The notes under the pieces were generated by a model. The model worked only from the letters and a program-made list of their open reading frames with translations, had not been told where the DNA came from and made no database searches. From Phycisphaerae bacterium (lineage in GTDB: Bacteria; Planctomycetota; Phycisphaerae; UBA1845; Fen-1342), in assembly GCA_963666925.2 (NCBI GenBank), contig CAXXTC010000003.1, forward strand, positions 1-64,000: a stretch of 64,000 nt of DNA, written 5' to 3'. Made by a program: the position numbers and the translations under genes. Within the stretch, counting starts at the first letter, position 1. The number at the start of each line of letters is the position of its first letter. Below are positions 16,410 to 26,762 of this stretch, one piece after another.

Positions 16410-19370
16410 GTGAGTGAGAAGGTCATCCGGGTCATTGGCGCCCGGCAACACAACCTCCGCGATGTCGACGTCGACATACCGCGCGACCGGCTGGTCGTGA
16501 TCACTGGCTTGAGCGGTTCCGGAAAGAGCAGCCTGGCCTTTGACACGATCTATGCCGAGGGTCAGCGCAAGTATGTGGAATCGCTCTCGGTTCACGCACG
16601 CCACTACCTGGAGCAGATCAGCAAGCCGGACGTCGAACGGATCGAGGGGCTACCGCCCACCCTGGCCATCGAGCAGCGCGCCACCGCGGCCAACCCGCGT
16701 TCCATCGTCGCAACAACGACCGAACTCTACGATTTCCTGCGGGTGTTGTTCGCACGCGTCGGGACGCCGCACTGCCCCAAGTGCGGGCAGCCAATCTTCC
16801 AGCGCACCGTCGACCAGATCGTCGACATCGTGTTCCAGTATCCGGAACAGGCCCGGCTGATGGTGCTGGCACCGCTGGTTCGCGGCCGAACCGATGCCCT
16901 CAAGGCCATCTATAAGCGTGTACAGCGCGAGGGGTTCGTCCGCGCGCGCATCGACGGCGTTCTGCGCGACGTGAAAGAGGCCACCGAGGAACTCACTGAG
17001 CAGGAAGAAGCCAACGGCAAAGGAAAACGCCGCCGCACGCGCCGCGTGGACGTCGACGTGGTCGTTGATCGCCTCGTTTTGAAGCCCGACATCCGCTCGC
17101 GCCTGGCGGACGCGGTCGAGTTGTCGCTGGCGCTCGGCGACGGCACGGTCATCGTCTCGCGCGAGAACGGCGACGCCGGCGGTGACGCACCGACTGGCAA
17201 AACGGCGGGCGGAGTGGTCGGCAACGGCCAGTGGATCGACGAGGTTTTCAGCGAGCGTCACACCTGCACCAGTTGTGGCATCAGCCTGCCGGAGTTATCG
17301 CCACGTGCTTTCAGCTTCAACTCGCCCTATGGCGCTTGCGAGCAATGCGGGGGGCTGGGCACGTCGCTGCGCTTTGACGAACAGCTCATCGTGCCCGACG
17401 ACAGCCTGTCGTTGATTGGCGGAGCGCTGGCTCCCTGGTCAAGCGGCAAAAAACGCGTCGGCGCTACCCACCTCAAGGTGCTCAAGTCGCTGTGCAGCAC
17501 ACTGAGCGTGAAACCCGACACGCCATTCAAAGAGCTGCCGGACGATCTGCGGCGGATAGTCCTGCGTGGTACGACCAAGAAGGACGTCGACCGCTTCGAG
17601 ATCGAGTTTGAAGGCGTGGTACCGAACCTGGAGCGTCGTTATCGAGCGGCGGGCTCTGACGGGGGCCGCAGCCGACTGGCGAACTATCAGGCCGAGTACA
17701 CCTGCGAGGGCTGTAACGGGGCCCGGCTGCGGGCAACTTCGCTGGCAGTGCGCATCAACGATCGCAACATTCACGATCTCACCCGGATGCCGATCGCCGA
17801 GGCTACGGACTTCTTCGGCCAGCTCAAGTTCGAGGGCGAAGACGCCCAGGTCGCCGAGCCAATCGTGCGCGAGATCTACCAGCGGCTGCGTTTCATGCGT
17901 GACGTCGGGCTGGGCTACCTCACGCTGGATCGCACCAGCGCCACACTGTCGGGCGGCGAGGCACAGCGTATCCGCCTGGCTACCCAACTCGGTAGCGGGC
18001 TTGTTGGCGTGTGCTACGTGCTTGATGAACCCACGATCGGTTTGCACCAGCGTGACAACGCCCGCCTGCTGAACTCCATCCGCCGACTGGTGGACATCGG
18101 CAACACCGTTGTCGTCGTCGAGCATGATGAAGACGTCATTCGCGCTGCCGACCATCTGATCGACATGGGACCCGGTGCCGGTGGTCGTGGTGGAAACGTG
18201 ATTTCCGCCGGCCAGGCCGACAAGGTCATCCGCGATCCGCAATCCATTACCGGGCGCTACCTGCGTGGCGAATATGGTATTCCGCTGCCCGAGGAACGGC
18301 GCGCGCCGCGCCGCTCCGATTTTCTACAGGTGCTCGGCGCCCGCGAGAACAACCTGCGGAACATTGACGTCAAGGTCCCGCTGGGTGTTTTCTGTGCGGT
18401 CACGGGCGTCAGCGGCAGCGGCAAGAGCACCCTCGTTTCGCAGATCCTGCTGCCGGCGCTGCGCCGCCGACTGTACCGCTCGCGCGAGCCGCTAGGCGTG
18501 CACGAGCGCATCGTCGGCGCCAACAAGATCGACAAAGTAATCGAGATCGACCAGACGCCTATCGGACGGACGCCGCGCAGCAACCCGGCCACCTACACGG
18601 GCGTTTTCGACGAGATCAGGCGACTATACGCCAAAACCAAGGAAGCCCGCATCCGCGGCTACAACGCCAGCCGATTCAGCTTTAACGCCAAGGGCGGGCG
18701 CTGCGAAGCCTGTCAGGGACAGGGCACCCGGCGTATCGAGATGCATTTCCTGCCGGACGTGTTCGTCGAGTGCGGTGAGTGCAAGGGTACGCGCTATAGC
18801 CGGGAAACGCTCGAGATCAGGTATCGCGGCAAGTCCATCTCCGACGTGCTGAACATGCTGGTCGAAGAAGCGCTGCGTTTCTTCGACAGCTTCCCGAAGA
18901 TCAAGCAGGGGCTCCAGGCGCTCTCGGACGTCGGCCTCGGATACATCCGCCTCGGGCAGCCCTCCAACACGCTCTCCGGCGGCGAGGCGCAACGCGTCAA
19001 GCTGGCAGCCGAACTTGCCAAGGGTGCTATCCACCCGGTCTCGCGCCACGGCCCGCCCAGCGCGTCGGCCACACAGCGTGCCCGGCTGGAAAACCACACT
19101 TTGTATGTCCTCGATGAGCCGACCACCGGGTTGCATTTTGCGGACATCCAGACGCTGCTGGCCGTGCTCAATCGCCTGGTCGACATGGGCAACACGGTAC
19201 TGGTAATCGAGCACAACCTGGACGTGATCAAGACCGCCGACTGGGTTATTGATCTTGGTCCGGAAGGCGGTGAGGACGGTGGCCGGATTGTCGCCGAGGG
19301 ACCGCCGGAAGATATTTCCGCCAACAAGTCCAGCCACACCGGGCGCTATCTGCGCGCCAAGCTCAAATAG
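16410..19370 (+). CDS. uvrA: Excinuclease ABC subunit A
   Basis: [21 protein letters not shown], zinc fingers, two LSGGEAQR signatures; start moved to GTG 16410. Confidence 0.97.
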   Translation: MSEKVIRVIGARQHNLRDVDVDIPRDRLVVITGLSGSGKSSLAFDTIYAEGQRKYVESLSVHARHYLEQISKPDVERIEGLPPTLAIEQRATAANPRSIVATTTELYDFLRVLFARVGTPHCPKCGQPIFQRTVDQIVDIVFQYPEQARLMVLAPLVRGRTDALKAIYKRVQREGFVRARIDGVLRDVKEATEELTEQEEANGKGKRRRTRRVDVDVVVDRLVLKPDIRSRLADAVELSLALGDGTVIVSRENGDAGGDAPTGKTAGGVVGNGQWIDEVFSERHTCTSCGISLPELSPRAFSFNSPYGACEQCGGLGTSLRFDEQLIVPDDSLSLIGGALAPWSSGKKRVGATHLKVLKSLCSTLSVKPDTPFKELPDDLRRIVLRGTTKKDVDRFEIEFEGVVPNLERRYRAAGSDGGRSRLANYQAEYTCEGCNGARLRATSLAVRINDRNIHDLTRMPIAEATDFFGQLKFEGEDAQVAEPIVREIYQRLRFMRDVGLGYLTLDRTSATLSGGEAQRIRLATQLGSGLVGVCYVLDEPTIGLHQRDNARLLNSIRRLVDIGNTVVVVEHDEDVIRAADHLIDMGPGAGGRGGNVISAGQADKVIRDPQSITGRYLRGEYGIPLPEERRAPRRSDFLQVLGARENNLRNIDVKVPLGVFCAVTGVSGSGKSTLVSQILLPALRRRLYRSREPLGVHERIVGANKIDKVIEIDQTPIGRTPRSNPATYTGVFDEIRRLYAKTKEARIRGYNASRFSFNAKGGRCEACQGQGTRRIEMHFLPDVFVECGECKGTRYSRETLEIRYRGKSISDVLNMLVEEALRFFDSFPKIKQGLQALSDVGLGYIRLGQPSNTLSGGEAQRVKLAAELAKGAIHPVSRHGPPSASATQRARLENHTLYVLDEPTTGLHFADIQTLLAVLNRLVDMGNTVLVIEHNLDVIKTADWVIDLGPEGGEDGGRIVAEGPPEDISANKSSHTGRYLRAKLK

Positions 19371-19474
19371 CCCGCCGATCGCGCCGACCGGAGCCGGAAC
19401 GGGGCCAGAAACATATCACGCGCTGCAATTTTGCTATTAAAATCTAACGCTCCTGGACCAAATTGGGAGTTCAC

Positions 19475-20287
19475 ATGATGCGTAGACCTATCGTTATATT
19501 CACTGCCACCGTGCTTGCGGCCGCCGGATTGGTCGGCTGCATGGGTGACCCCAACGCAAACGGGCCGAACACCAACGATTGGGACTTCACCACCGAGCGA
19601 CAGGCCGCGGTCACTGATATCGTCGAACAGTTAGTCGCTACCGGCGGTGCGCTGGCCTCCGTCAGCTCGATTGCCGATCCGCGTCTTGACCTGGAGAACT
19701 CCGCGTTCGGCACTTTCGGAACCTGCCCCGTGGTGACCTATGTCAGCGTGGGCGACAGCAGCACGGTGACGTTCGACTTTGGCGACGGCTGTACGGCAGC
19801 CCTGACCGGGCCGTCCGTCGTGCGCGGCGAAGTCAGCCTGAGCCCTTCGCTGACGGACGACGCATTTCGCGTTCGCTACAACGACCTGTTCATCGACAAC
19901 CGCGAAGTCACCGGCACGCTGGATCCATTGTATGGCACGAGCGACAGCGACAACACCGCCAGCATCAACATAGATATCGACGATGTCGGCGATGTGCGCG
20001 GAACCCTCGAAATCAGCTTCAGCGACCAGGGCGCCATCACCATCAGCGGCGACGACGTCCGCTTCGACATGGGCACGGACATCTACTACGTCGATCTTGT
20101 CAATGTCATCTTCGACCCGCCGAACAATGACAACCTGATCCCCAAGAGCGGCACAATCACGTTCCGCGACAACCGACTCGTGGCCATCTCCGTAACCTTC
20201 ACCGAGCGCTCCGCGGAAACCGGCCTGGTGCGAGTAATCGTGGGCAATGGCTCCATGCAGAACTTCACCCCCGTAACCCCACCCTGA
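19475..20287 (+). CDS. Hypothetical acidic beta-rich lipoprotein
   Basis: Lipobox GLVGC after a hydrophobic stretch; CP...TFDFGDGC motif. Confidence 0.7.
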   Translation: MMRRPIVIFTATVLAAAGLVGCMGDPNANGPNTNDWDFTTERQAAVTDIVEQLVATGGALASVSSIADPRLDLENSAFGTFGTCPVVTYVSVGDSSTVTFDFGDGCTAALTGPSVVRGEVSLSPSLTDDAFRVRYNDLFIDNREVTGTLDPLYGTSDSDNTASINIDIDDVGDVRGTLEISFSDQGAITISGDDVRFDMGTDIYYVDLVNVIFDPPNNDNLIPKSGTITFRDNRLVAISVTFTERSAETGLVRVIVGNGSMQNFTPVTPP

Positions 20288-20313
20288 TCAACCGGCGATT
20301 GATGCGACGACCG

Positions 20314-22398
20314 TCAGCGCCGCCGGCGCGATTTGCGCCCGCGCCGCGATCGGCTGCCATTGCCGTTGCCGTTGTTGTCATCATCGAACAAATCGCCCGG
20401 CACTTCGTTGACCTCGTTCTCCGGCACAATCACCGTGCTGTCGTCACCATTCAGCGTGCGCTCCGCCTCATCCTCCACAACGTTCAGCGTTTCGATCGGC
20501 TTGCCATCCTCGTCGAGCTCGACGTCCGCTTCGGCCGTGCGCTGCCGAGCAATCGCCCGCAAGTCCGTTACCAATTGCTCTTCGCTCTGTGCCGTCAGAT
20601 TCGCCAACGCTTCGGCCACGTCCGGGATATAGCGCCCGAAAATATCGCGGCGTTGCGACTCCATCCGCTGGCGCCGCCGTCGCCGCACGTATGTCGCCAG
20701 CTTGCGCCCGCACTCTTGGAGCGCCAGCCGCATCTCCTTGCGAATCTCGTCGTAGTCGGCGATCGCTTCCTTGCTCTCCGACGTGAACGGCACCCACACG
20801 CTGGCCATGTGCAGCATCACCACCAGCGGCCCCACCGGCAACGAACCGCCCGGCTGCGACAACCCATAGTTGCGCCAATCAACGTCGAGCACCGATTTGA
20901 ACGCCGAACAGGCCGACTGCTGATAGAGCAACGGCACGCGGTTGGCGAAACGGATGATGCGCGCCGAGGCATCGCCCGATAAACTGCCCCCGTAAGCCAA
21001 TGCGATCTCGACCTGGAACGGATTGCCGCGATAAACCGCGGGGCTGCGCGTGGTGGCGGCGAAGAATTCCGCCTTGACCTCCTTGAGCAGACCGGCGAGC
21101 AGGTTGCGCACGCCGATGGGCGCCAGGCAATCGGTCGGCGGCGCCATGAATCGTACGCTTTGCAGCGCTTCGTAGAGCTTCTCGACATCGTGCGTGCCGA
21201 TGGTTGCCGGCGCCGCCCGCGAGCTCAGGCCGGCTTGATCACAAACCGTCCCCGCCCCGGACGCCGACACCCGACAGAACTCTCGCTGGAGAAAACCCGC
21301 CAGCTTCACACCCTTGGCTTCCTTCAGCATCTTCATCAGCACGCCAAGCTCGATGCCGTGCGGGTGCGGCTTAATTTGTCGCGTCTCGGCCGGCAGCTCG
21401 TCCGACCCGCGCGGAAATTCGCGTTGCTCGCCGGTCGGGGCGTGATACGAAATCTGCGCATGCGGATTGGCGATGGCCGTCTGCTCGATGTATTCGTCGA
21501 CCGATTGGCGCCCCTTGGCATAGCTGGCGACCAGCTCGATGGTCACCTCGGTGCCGCGGTCCCAGGCGACGTCGATTTCCTCGTCCTTGACGACGTCCGG
21601 ACGATTTTTCCGCGTGTCAATCTGGACCTGGAAATGATGGGCGGCCTTCTTGGGGCTGGTGCGTGAGGTGATCTGCACGCTGCGGCCGGTCGTCAGCAGC
21701 CCGTACATGCCGGCCGCCGAGATGCCGATGCCCTGTTGGCCGCGCGACATCTTCAGCCGATGGAATTTTGATCCGTAGAGCAGCTTGCCGAAGATGTTGG
21801 GGATCTGGGCGCGGACGATGCCGGGGCCGTTGTCGCGTATCGTCACGCGGAAGCGATCCTCGGCCAGTTGGATGATCACGACCTGAAGATCGGGGCGGAT
21901 GTTCGCCTCTTCGCACGCGTCGAGGCTGTTGTCGACCGCCTCCTTGACGGTTGTCAGCAGCGCTTTGCGCTTATTATCGAACCCGAGCAGGTGCCGATTT
22001 TTCGCGAAGAACTCCGACACGGAGATGTCGCGCTGGGCAGCGGCGAGTGACTCGGCCGTGACTATTCGGCCCTGCTTGGACGCAGATCGGCTTCGGCGAG
22101 GTTTGGCCACCTCCTCCTTCTCTGCCGGTGTGGGCTCGTCCGGCTCGTCGGCGACGTCTTTGGCGCGGCGTTTTCGGCCGGTGGACGTCTGCTTCTTCAC
22201 GCCGACGCTACGGGCGGCCTTTTTGGTCGGGCGAGACTCCGCTGGACTCATGGGCTCCTCGTCTACTACTTCCGCGTCCGGGCCGGGCCCATAGAGGGCC
22301 TGGCTGACGGAAGTGACGGGGATGACCCGGGCCGGGGCTTGGTCAAACAGGCTGGGGGTGTCATACTTCCGCGTTGCTGAATCGGGATCGTTCGCCAT
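20314..22398 (-). CDS. top6B: DNA topoisomerase VI subunit B
   Basis: [44 protein letters not shown] (GHKL ATPase), [17 protein letters not shown]. Confidence 0.95.
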   Translation of the reverse strand: MANDPDSATRKYDTPSLFDQAPARVIPVTSVSQALYGPGPDAEVVDEEPMSPAESRPTKKAARSVGVKKQTSTGRKRRAKDVADEPDEPTPAEKEEVAKPRRSRSASKQGRIVTAESLAAAQRDISVSEFFAKNRHLLGFDNKRKALLTTVKEAVDNSLDACEEANIRPDLQVVIIQLAEDRFRVTIRDNGPGIVRAQIPNIFGKLLYGSKFHRLKMSRGQQGIGISAAGMYGLLTTGRSVQITSRTSPKKAAHHFQVQIDTRKNRPDVVKDEEIDVAWDRGTEVTIELVASYAKGRQSVDEYIEQTAIANPHAQISYHAPTGEQREFPRGSDELPAETRQIKPHPHGIELGVLMKMLKEAKGVKLAGFLQREFCRVSASGAGTVCDQAGLSSRAAPATIGTHDVEKLYEALQSVRFMAPPTDCLAPIGVRNLLAGLLKEVKAEFFAATTRSPAVYRGNPFQVEIALAYGGSLSGDASARIIRFANRVPLLYQQSACSAFKSVLDVDWRNYGLSQPGGSLPVGPLVVMLHMASVWVPFTSESKEAIADYDEIRKEMRLALQECGRKLATYVRRRRRQRMESQRRDIFGRYIPDVAEALANLTAQSEEQLVTDLRAIARQRTAEADVELDEDGKPIETLNVVEDEAERTLNGDDSTVIVPENEVNEVPGDLFDDDNNGNGNGSRSRRGRKSRRRR

Positions 22399-22472
22399 CC
22401 CTGGCTCCCCGAAGACGCCTATGGCTATCATTGCTCGAAGACCGCGCCATCTGCGGCACAACGCCACCTATG

Positions 22473-22513
22473 GTAGCACGCCGGCCGCGACTGTACAGTA
22501 GCCGGCGTGCTAC
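22473..22513. repeat. Perfect 13-bp inverted repeat (GTAG-initiated) between divergent top6B and yhbY
   Basis: GTAGCACGCCGGC-N15-GCCGGCGTGCTAC; the spacer contains the palindrome ACTGTACAGT. Confidence 0.85.
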
Positions 22514-22531
22514 GCACTCGAATGGGATACC

Positions 22532-22822
22532 ATGACCCTGACCGGCAAACAGCGCCGCGACTTGTTCGCCCGCAGCCACCCGCTCAAACCCGTCACCACG
22601 CTTGCCGACGACGAGCTCACCCCCCAGGGCGTACAGCACGTGCGGGATGCACTCGCCCGGCACGAGTTGGTAAAGGTGCGGCTCACCGCTGCCAGCGGGC
22701 GGGAATGCGACCTGGCCGCGGCTGAACTCGCCCGCCAATTGGGCGGCGAGGTTGTCAAGCGCACCGGGCGCGTAGTATTGTTGTACCGGTGCCCGGCCGA
22801 TAACGACCACGGTGGCGCCTGA
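22532..22822 (+). CDS. yhbY: YhbY/CRM-domain RNA-binding protein
   Basis: MTLTGKQRRDL...H.LKPV, HELVKV, GRVVLLYR. Confidence 0.88.
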   Translation: MTLTGKQRRDLFARSHPLKPVTTLADDELTPQGVQHVRDALARHELVKVRLTAASGRECDLAAAELARQLGGEVVKRTGRVVLLYRCPADNDHGGA

Positions 22823-22877
22823 CCCGCGACACTCAGACCAGCGCCACTGCGGCGCAAAACGCACTCGAGGACGCAAC

Positions 22878-23756
22878 ATGCTGAACTTCAAGCGACTAGG
22901 CGTGTTTCTGCACGACTCACCGGCTGACCGGGCGGCCCTGGCATACGCCGGCGTCATCGCCACCCTCGCACAAAGCGAGTCGGTCTTCTGCACTCACGTT
23001 CGTGAATCCGCGGACGAGTCGGAGCCGCAACCGGATATCGAAACCCTCCAGAATCAGGTTCGGCAGCAACTCCCCGGCCCCGTGGCCCGGATAACCCACG
23101 TCGATGTACAGAATGACACCGGGGTAGCCTCGATCCTGCGCACCGCCCGCGATGACGAACTCGATCTCATCATCGTCGGACGCCGACTGCCATCCGAGCA
23201 GATCGGTATTGGCTCCGCGTTTGCCCGCCTGGCCCGCAAATCACCATGTAGCGTTCTGGTCGTTCCGACCGGCTCCCATCCCCACCTGGAGCGTCTGCTG
23301 GTAGCGGTCGACTTCTCTGATAACTCCAAGCGCGCCCTTGAGCAGGCTGTCCAGATCGCATGCGGCAGCGGCGCCGAGCGGCCGCAGTTGATCGTACATT
23401 CAAACTCCACCGTAGGTTATGGCTACGCCAAGCTGGGGCTGACCCTGTCGAGCGCAATCTCGCAGCGCGAAGAGGTCACGCAGAAAAAGCTCGAAGAGTT
23501 CGTAGCCAACGTGGACACCTGCGATTGCGACGTCGAACTCATCCCGACCTGCTCTGAGCAGGACGAGAACGCGATCCTGGAGGTCGCCGTCTCGCGCAAG
23601 ATGGACCTGGTGGTGCTGGGCAGCCGCGGCGTAAGCGCGATGGTCCTGCTCGGGTCAACCACTGAAAAGGCCCTGATTCACTCGGTTCTGCCGGTGCTGA
23701 TCGTCAAAGAGAAGGGTGAGACCGTGGGCATCCTGAACGCGCTGTTCGGGAGCTGA
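22878..23756 (+). CDS. Universal stress protein (two USP domains)
   Basis: DLIIVG...SPCSVLVV; LLVAVDFS; DLVVLGSRG...LLGSTT...PVLIVK. Confidence 0.9.
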   Translation: MLNFKRLGVFLHDSPADRAALAYAGVIATLAQSESVFCTHVRESADESEPQPDIETLQNQVRQQLPGPVARITHVDVQNDTGVASILRTARDDELDLIIVGRRLPSEQIGIGSAFARLARKSPCSVLVVPTGSHPHLERLLVAVDFSDNSKRALEQAVQIACGSGAERPQLIVHSNSTVGYGYAKLGLTLSSAISQREEVTQKKLEEFVANVDTCDCDVELIPTCSEQDENAILEVAVSRKMDLVVLGSRGVSAMVLLGSTTEKALIHSVLPVLIVKEKGETVGILNALFGS

Positions 23757-23931
23757 CCAGCCCGGCTTCCGGCAGGTTTACCAACCTCCCGACCGGCGAC
23801 GGCGCACGCGTGAGTGAGCGCCCGTTGGGGTGTTTTCAATCATTATGAAAAATTCAGGGCTAACTGGACACCCCCCCTACCCGATCGCCACACTCTGATG
23901 GGCGAGGTGATATCCGAGAGGGAGAATAGCG

Positions 23932-24927
23932 GTGCGTGAACAGCAGGCTTCCGGAACGGTGCGACTGGCGGCGCTGTACGCGCCCATCTCCGCCGAACTC
24001 CGCGAAAGCCAAACCGTCCTCACCGACGAGTTGATCAGCGATCAGGGCTTCATCAGCGATCTCTGCGGCCACATCCGCCAGTTTCACGGGAAGCTGCTGC
24101 GTCCCGCGCTGCTGCTGCTCACTGGTCGGGCCGCGGGCGAGCTAACGACGGCGCATCCGGTGCTGGGCGCAGTGGTCGAGCTGGTGCACGTGGCGACGCT
24201 GGTGCACGACGATGTACTCGACGAGGCGGATATCCGCCGTCGGGTGGCCACGGTCAACCGCCTGTGGGGCAACGAGCGGGCGGTGTTGCTGGGCGACTTC
24301 GTCTATAGCCACGCCTATCGCCTGTGCAGCACGCTAGAGTCCCAGTACGCCGCCCAACTGATCGGGCAAACCGCCGTCACCGTCTGCGAAGGCGAGATGA
24401 TGCAGGTCGCCAACCGCAACAATTATGAGCTGACCGAGGGCGAGTATTTCGACATCATCACGCGAAAGACGGCCGCCCTGATCGAAACCTGCTGCCACCT
24501 GGGCGCTTACTACGCCGGCGCCGACGCCGACACCGTGCGTCAGATGTGCATCTTCGGGCGCAGCCTGGGCGTCGCGTTCCAGATCGTCGATGACCTGTTG
24601 GACCTGACCGGCGACGAATCTCAGGTTGGCAAATCTCTGGGACGTGACATCTCAGAGGGCGAGTTGACCCTACCGCTGATTCATCTGCTGAACAGCGGCA
24701 CCGACCGGCAACGCGATCGCCTGCTGGAACTTCTGGCCGGCGACGCGCCCACCCGGCAGCGAGAGATCACCAGCATCCTGCGCCAATCTGACGGTGTCGC
24801 CTATGCGCAGGACGTGGCCGAGCAGCAGGTGGCGGCGGCCCGGCAATCCGTAGCGCAGTTACCACCCTCACCCGCCCGCGACAGTCTGGCCGCCATGGCC
24901 GACTTCGTCCTCGCGCGGCGTCAATAA
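23932..24927 (+). CDS. Long-chain trans-polyprenyl diphosphate synthase (IspB/HepT-like)
   Basis: GKLLRP, LVHDDVLD, KTAAL, FQIVDDLLD, GKSLGRD. Confidence 0.95.
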   Translation: MREQQASGTVRLAALYAPISAELRESQTVLTDELISDQGFISDLCGHIRQFHGKLLRPALLLLTGRAAGELTTAHPVLGAVVELVHVATLVHDDVLDEADIRRRVATVNRLWGNERAVLLGDFVYSHAYRLCSTLESQYAAQLIGQTAVTVCEGEMMQVANRNNYELTEGEYFDIITRKTAALIETCCHLGAYYAGADADTVRQMCIFGRSLGVAFQIVDDLLDLTGDESQVGKSLGRDISEGELTLPLIHLLNSGTDRQRDRLLELLAGDAPTRQREITSILRQSDGVAYAQDVAEQQVAAARQSVAQLPPSPARDSLAAMADFVLARRQ

Positions 24928-24978
24928 ACCGCGCCCCGCTCCAGCACCACGGCTCATCTGCGTTATTATGCCCAACCG

Positions 24979-26076
24979 ATGAACGCTCCCCACCTGGTTT
25001 TTGCCGGCGGCGGTACAGGCGGACACCTGTTTCCGGGTTTGGCCGTCGCCAACGCCGTCCGCCGATTGCTACCCGAAACGCGCATCACGTTCATGACGAC
25101 CGACCGGAAGCTCGACCGCGAGCTGCTCGGGCCAACGCCGTTCGAACAGGTAGTTCAGCCGGTCCGGCCGCTGACAATGAACCCGCTGCGACTGCCGGGG
25201 GTATGGTGGGCTTGGCGCCGGAGCGTTTCGGCGGCCGAACGCTTCTTCAAAAACAACGAAATCAAAGCGGTGCTGGGGCTGGGGGGTTACGCGGCCGCCC
25301 CCCCGGTGGTGGCCGCCAGTCGGCGAGGCATCTGGACGGTGGTTTTGAATCCGGACGCCGTCCCGGGCCGGGCCAATCGTCACATCGCCGCCCGGGCGGA
25401 CGTCGTGGCGTTGCAATGGGACGCGGCGCGGGCGCATTTCTCGAAGGGCGTGTATTGCCAGACGGTGGGTTGCCCAATCCGCGCGGCGTTTTCCCAGGCC
25501 GACGTCGCCGCTGGCCGGCGCCAGTTTCAGCTCGATCCGGGCCGCCCCGTGCTCGTGGTCACCGGCGCCTCGCAGGGGGCCCAGACGATCAACCGAGTGA
25601 TGATGCAAATCTGGCCGGCGTTTCACCAGACCCATCCCGAGTGGCAACTGCTGCACCTGTCCGGCCCCGCCGCCGAGCCGGGGGTGCGTCAGGCATACGA
25701 GCAGGCCGGCGTGCCGGCCACGGTCGTAGGGTTCACGCTCAACATGGACGCGGCTCTGGCGGCCGGCGACGTGGTCGTCGCGCGGGCCGGTGCATCGACG
25801 CTGGCGGAGCTGACGGCCCTGGGCAAGCCGGCCATTCTGCTGCCCTACCCCTACGCCCGGGACCGCCACCAGCACGCCAACGCCCGGGTGTTGGCCGAGC
25901 ACGGTGCCGCCCTGGTGATCGAGGACCAAATCGAGCCCGATCTGAACGCGCCCGCGGTGCGCAGCGCCCTCGAAGAGCTAAGCAGTTCGGAGCGACGCGC
26001 CGAGTTGGCTGCCGCTTCGCACGCGCTGGGGCGCCCGCAGGCCGCCGACGTTGTGGCCGCCTGGCTGCTGAGTTAA
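24979..26076 (+). CDS. murG: MurG lipid II GlcNAc transferase (GT28)
   Basis: GGGTGGHLFP, GGY, PGRAN, GASQGA, RAGAST, HQHANA. Confidence 0.88.
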   Translation: MNAPHLVFAGGGTGGHLFPGLAVANAVRRLLPETRITFMTTDRKLDRELLGPTPFEQVVQPVRPLTMNPLRLPGVWWAWRRSVSAAERFFKNNEIKAVLGLGGYAAAPPVVAASRRGIWTVVLNPDAVPGRANRHIAARADVVALQWDAARAHFSKGVYCQTVGCPIRAAFSQADVAAGRRQFQLDPGRPVLVVTGASQGAQTINRVMMQIWPAFHQTHPEWQLLHLSGPAAEPGVRQAYEQAGVPATVVGFTLNMDAALAAGDVVVARAGASTLAELTALGKPAILLPYPYARDRHQHANARVLAEHGAALVIEDQIEPDLNAPAVRSALEELSSSERRAELAAASHALGRPQAADVVAAWLLS

Positions 26077-26239
26077 TCGATTGTGCGAATCCAGAAGCAT
26101 CTCCATTGTCCATCCCGGCCGGATGGGCAACAAGCCAAGCCGCCTTGATAATCGCCCAAACAGCGCTATCGTGGGTATAGAGGCATGATTATCCCGGGCC
26201 AGGGTTTTGCAGACTGGCAGTTTGCAAGGGAGGCGTCTT

Positions 26240-26692
26240 GTGATCAGTCAAACCACTGAGTATGCGTTACGAGCCGTCGTTTGGCTGGCTGCCAATCCTG
26301 GGAAGCCGCTGACGGCACAGCAGATCGCCGAGGCTACGAGGGTGCCCGCTGGCTATCTGGCGAAGGTGTTGCAGGGGCTCAGCCGGGCCGGCCTGCTGCA
26401 CTCGCAGCGGGGGCTGGGTGGGGGGTTCACGCTGGCCCAATCGCCGGAAGAGCTGACCATGTGGGAGGTGGTGCAGGCCGTCGACCCACTCAAGCGTATT
26501 CACGAATGCCCGCTGGCGTTTGAGGCCCACAACACCGAGTTATGTCCGTTGCATCAGGAGTTGGATGCGGCCATCGCCTCGATCGAGGAGGCTTTCAGCA
26601 ACTGCACTATCAGCAAGCTGATCGATAGCGCCAACGGGTCTGCGCCATTGTGTGCCTATCACCCGGGCCCGGCAGCCGGCGCCAGCGACTGA
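26240..26692 (+). CDS. Rrf2-family transcriptional regulator
   Basis: EYALRA, YLAKVLQ, SQRGLGGGFTL, ECPL...LCPLH; GTG start after GGGAGG. Confidence 0.93.
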   Translation: MISQTTEYALRAVVWLAANPGKPLTAQQIAEATRVPAGYLAKVLQGLSRAGLLHSQRGLGGGFTLAQSPEELTMWEVVQAVDPLKRIHECPLAFEAHNTELCPLHQELDAAIASIEEAFSNCTISKLIDSANGSAPLCAYHPGPAAGASD

Positions 26693-26762
26693 GTGGCACA
26701 TGAAGCAGTCAGCAGCCCGGGCTGGATCAGGAGCCGACCTCCATCGGTTCCGACTCGACCTC

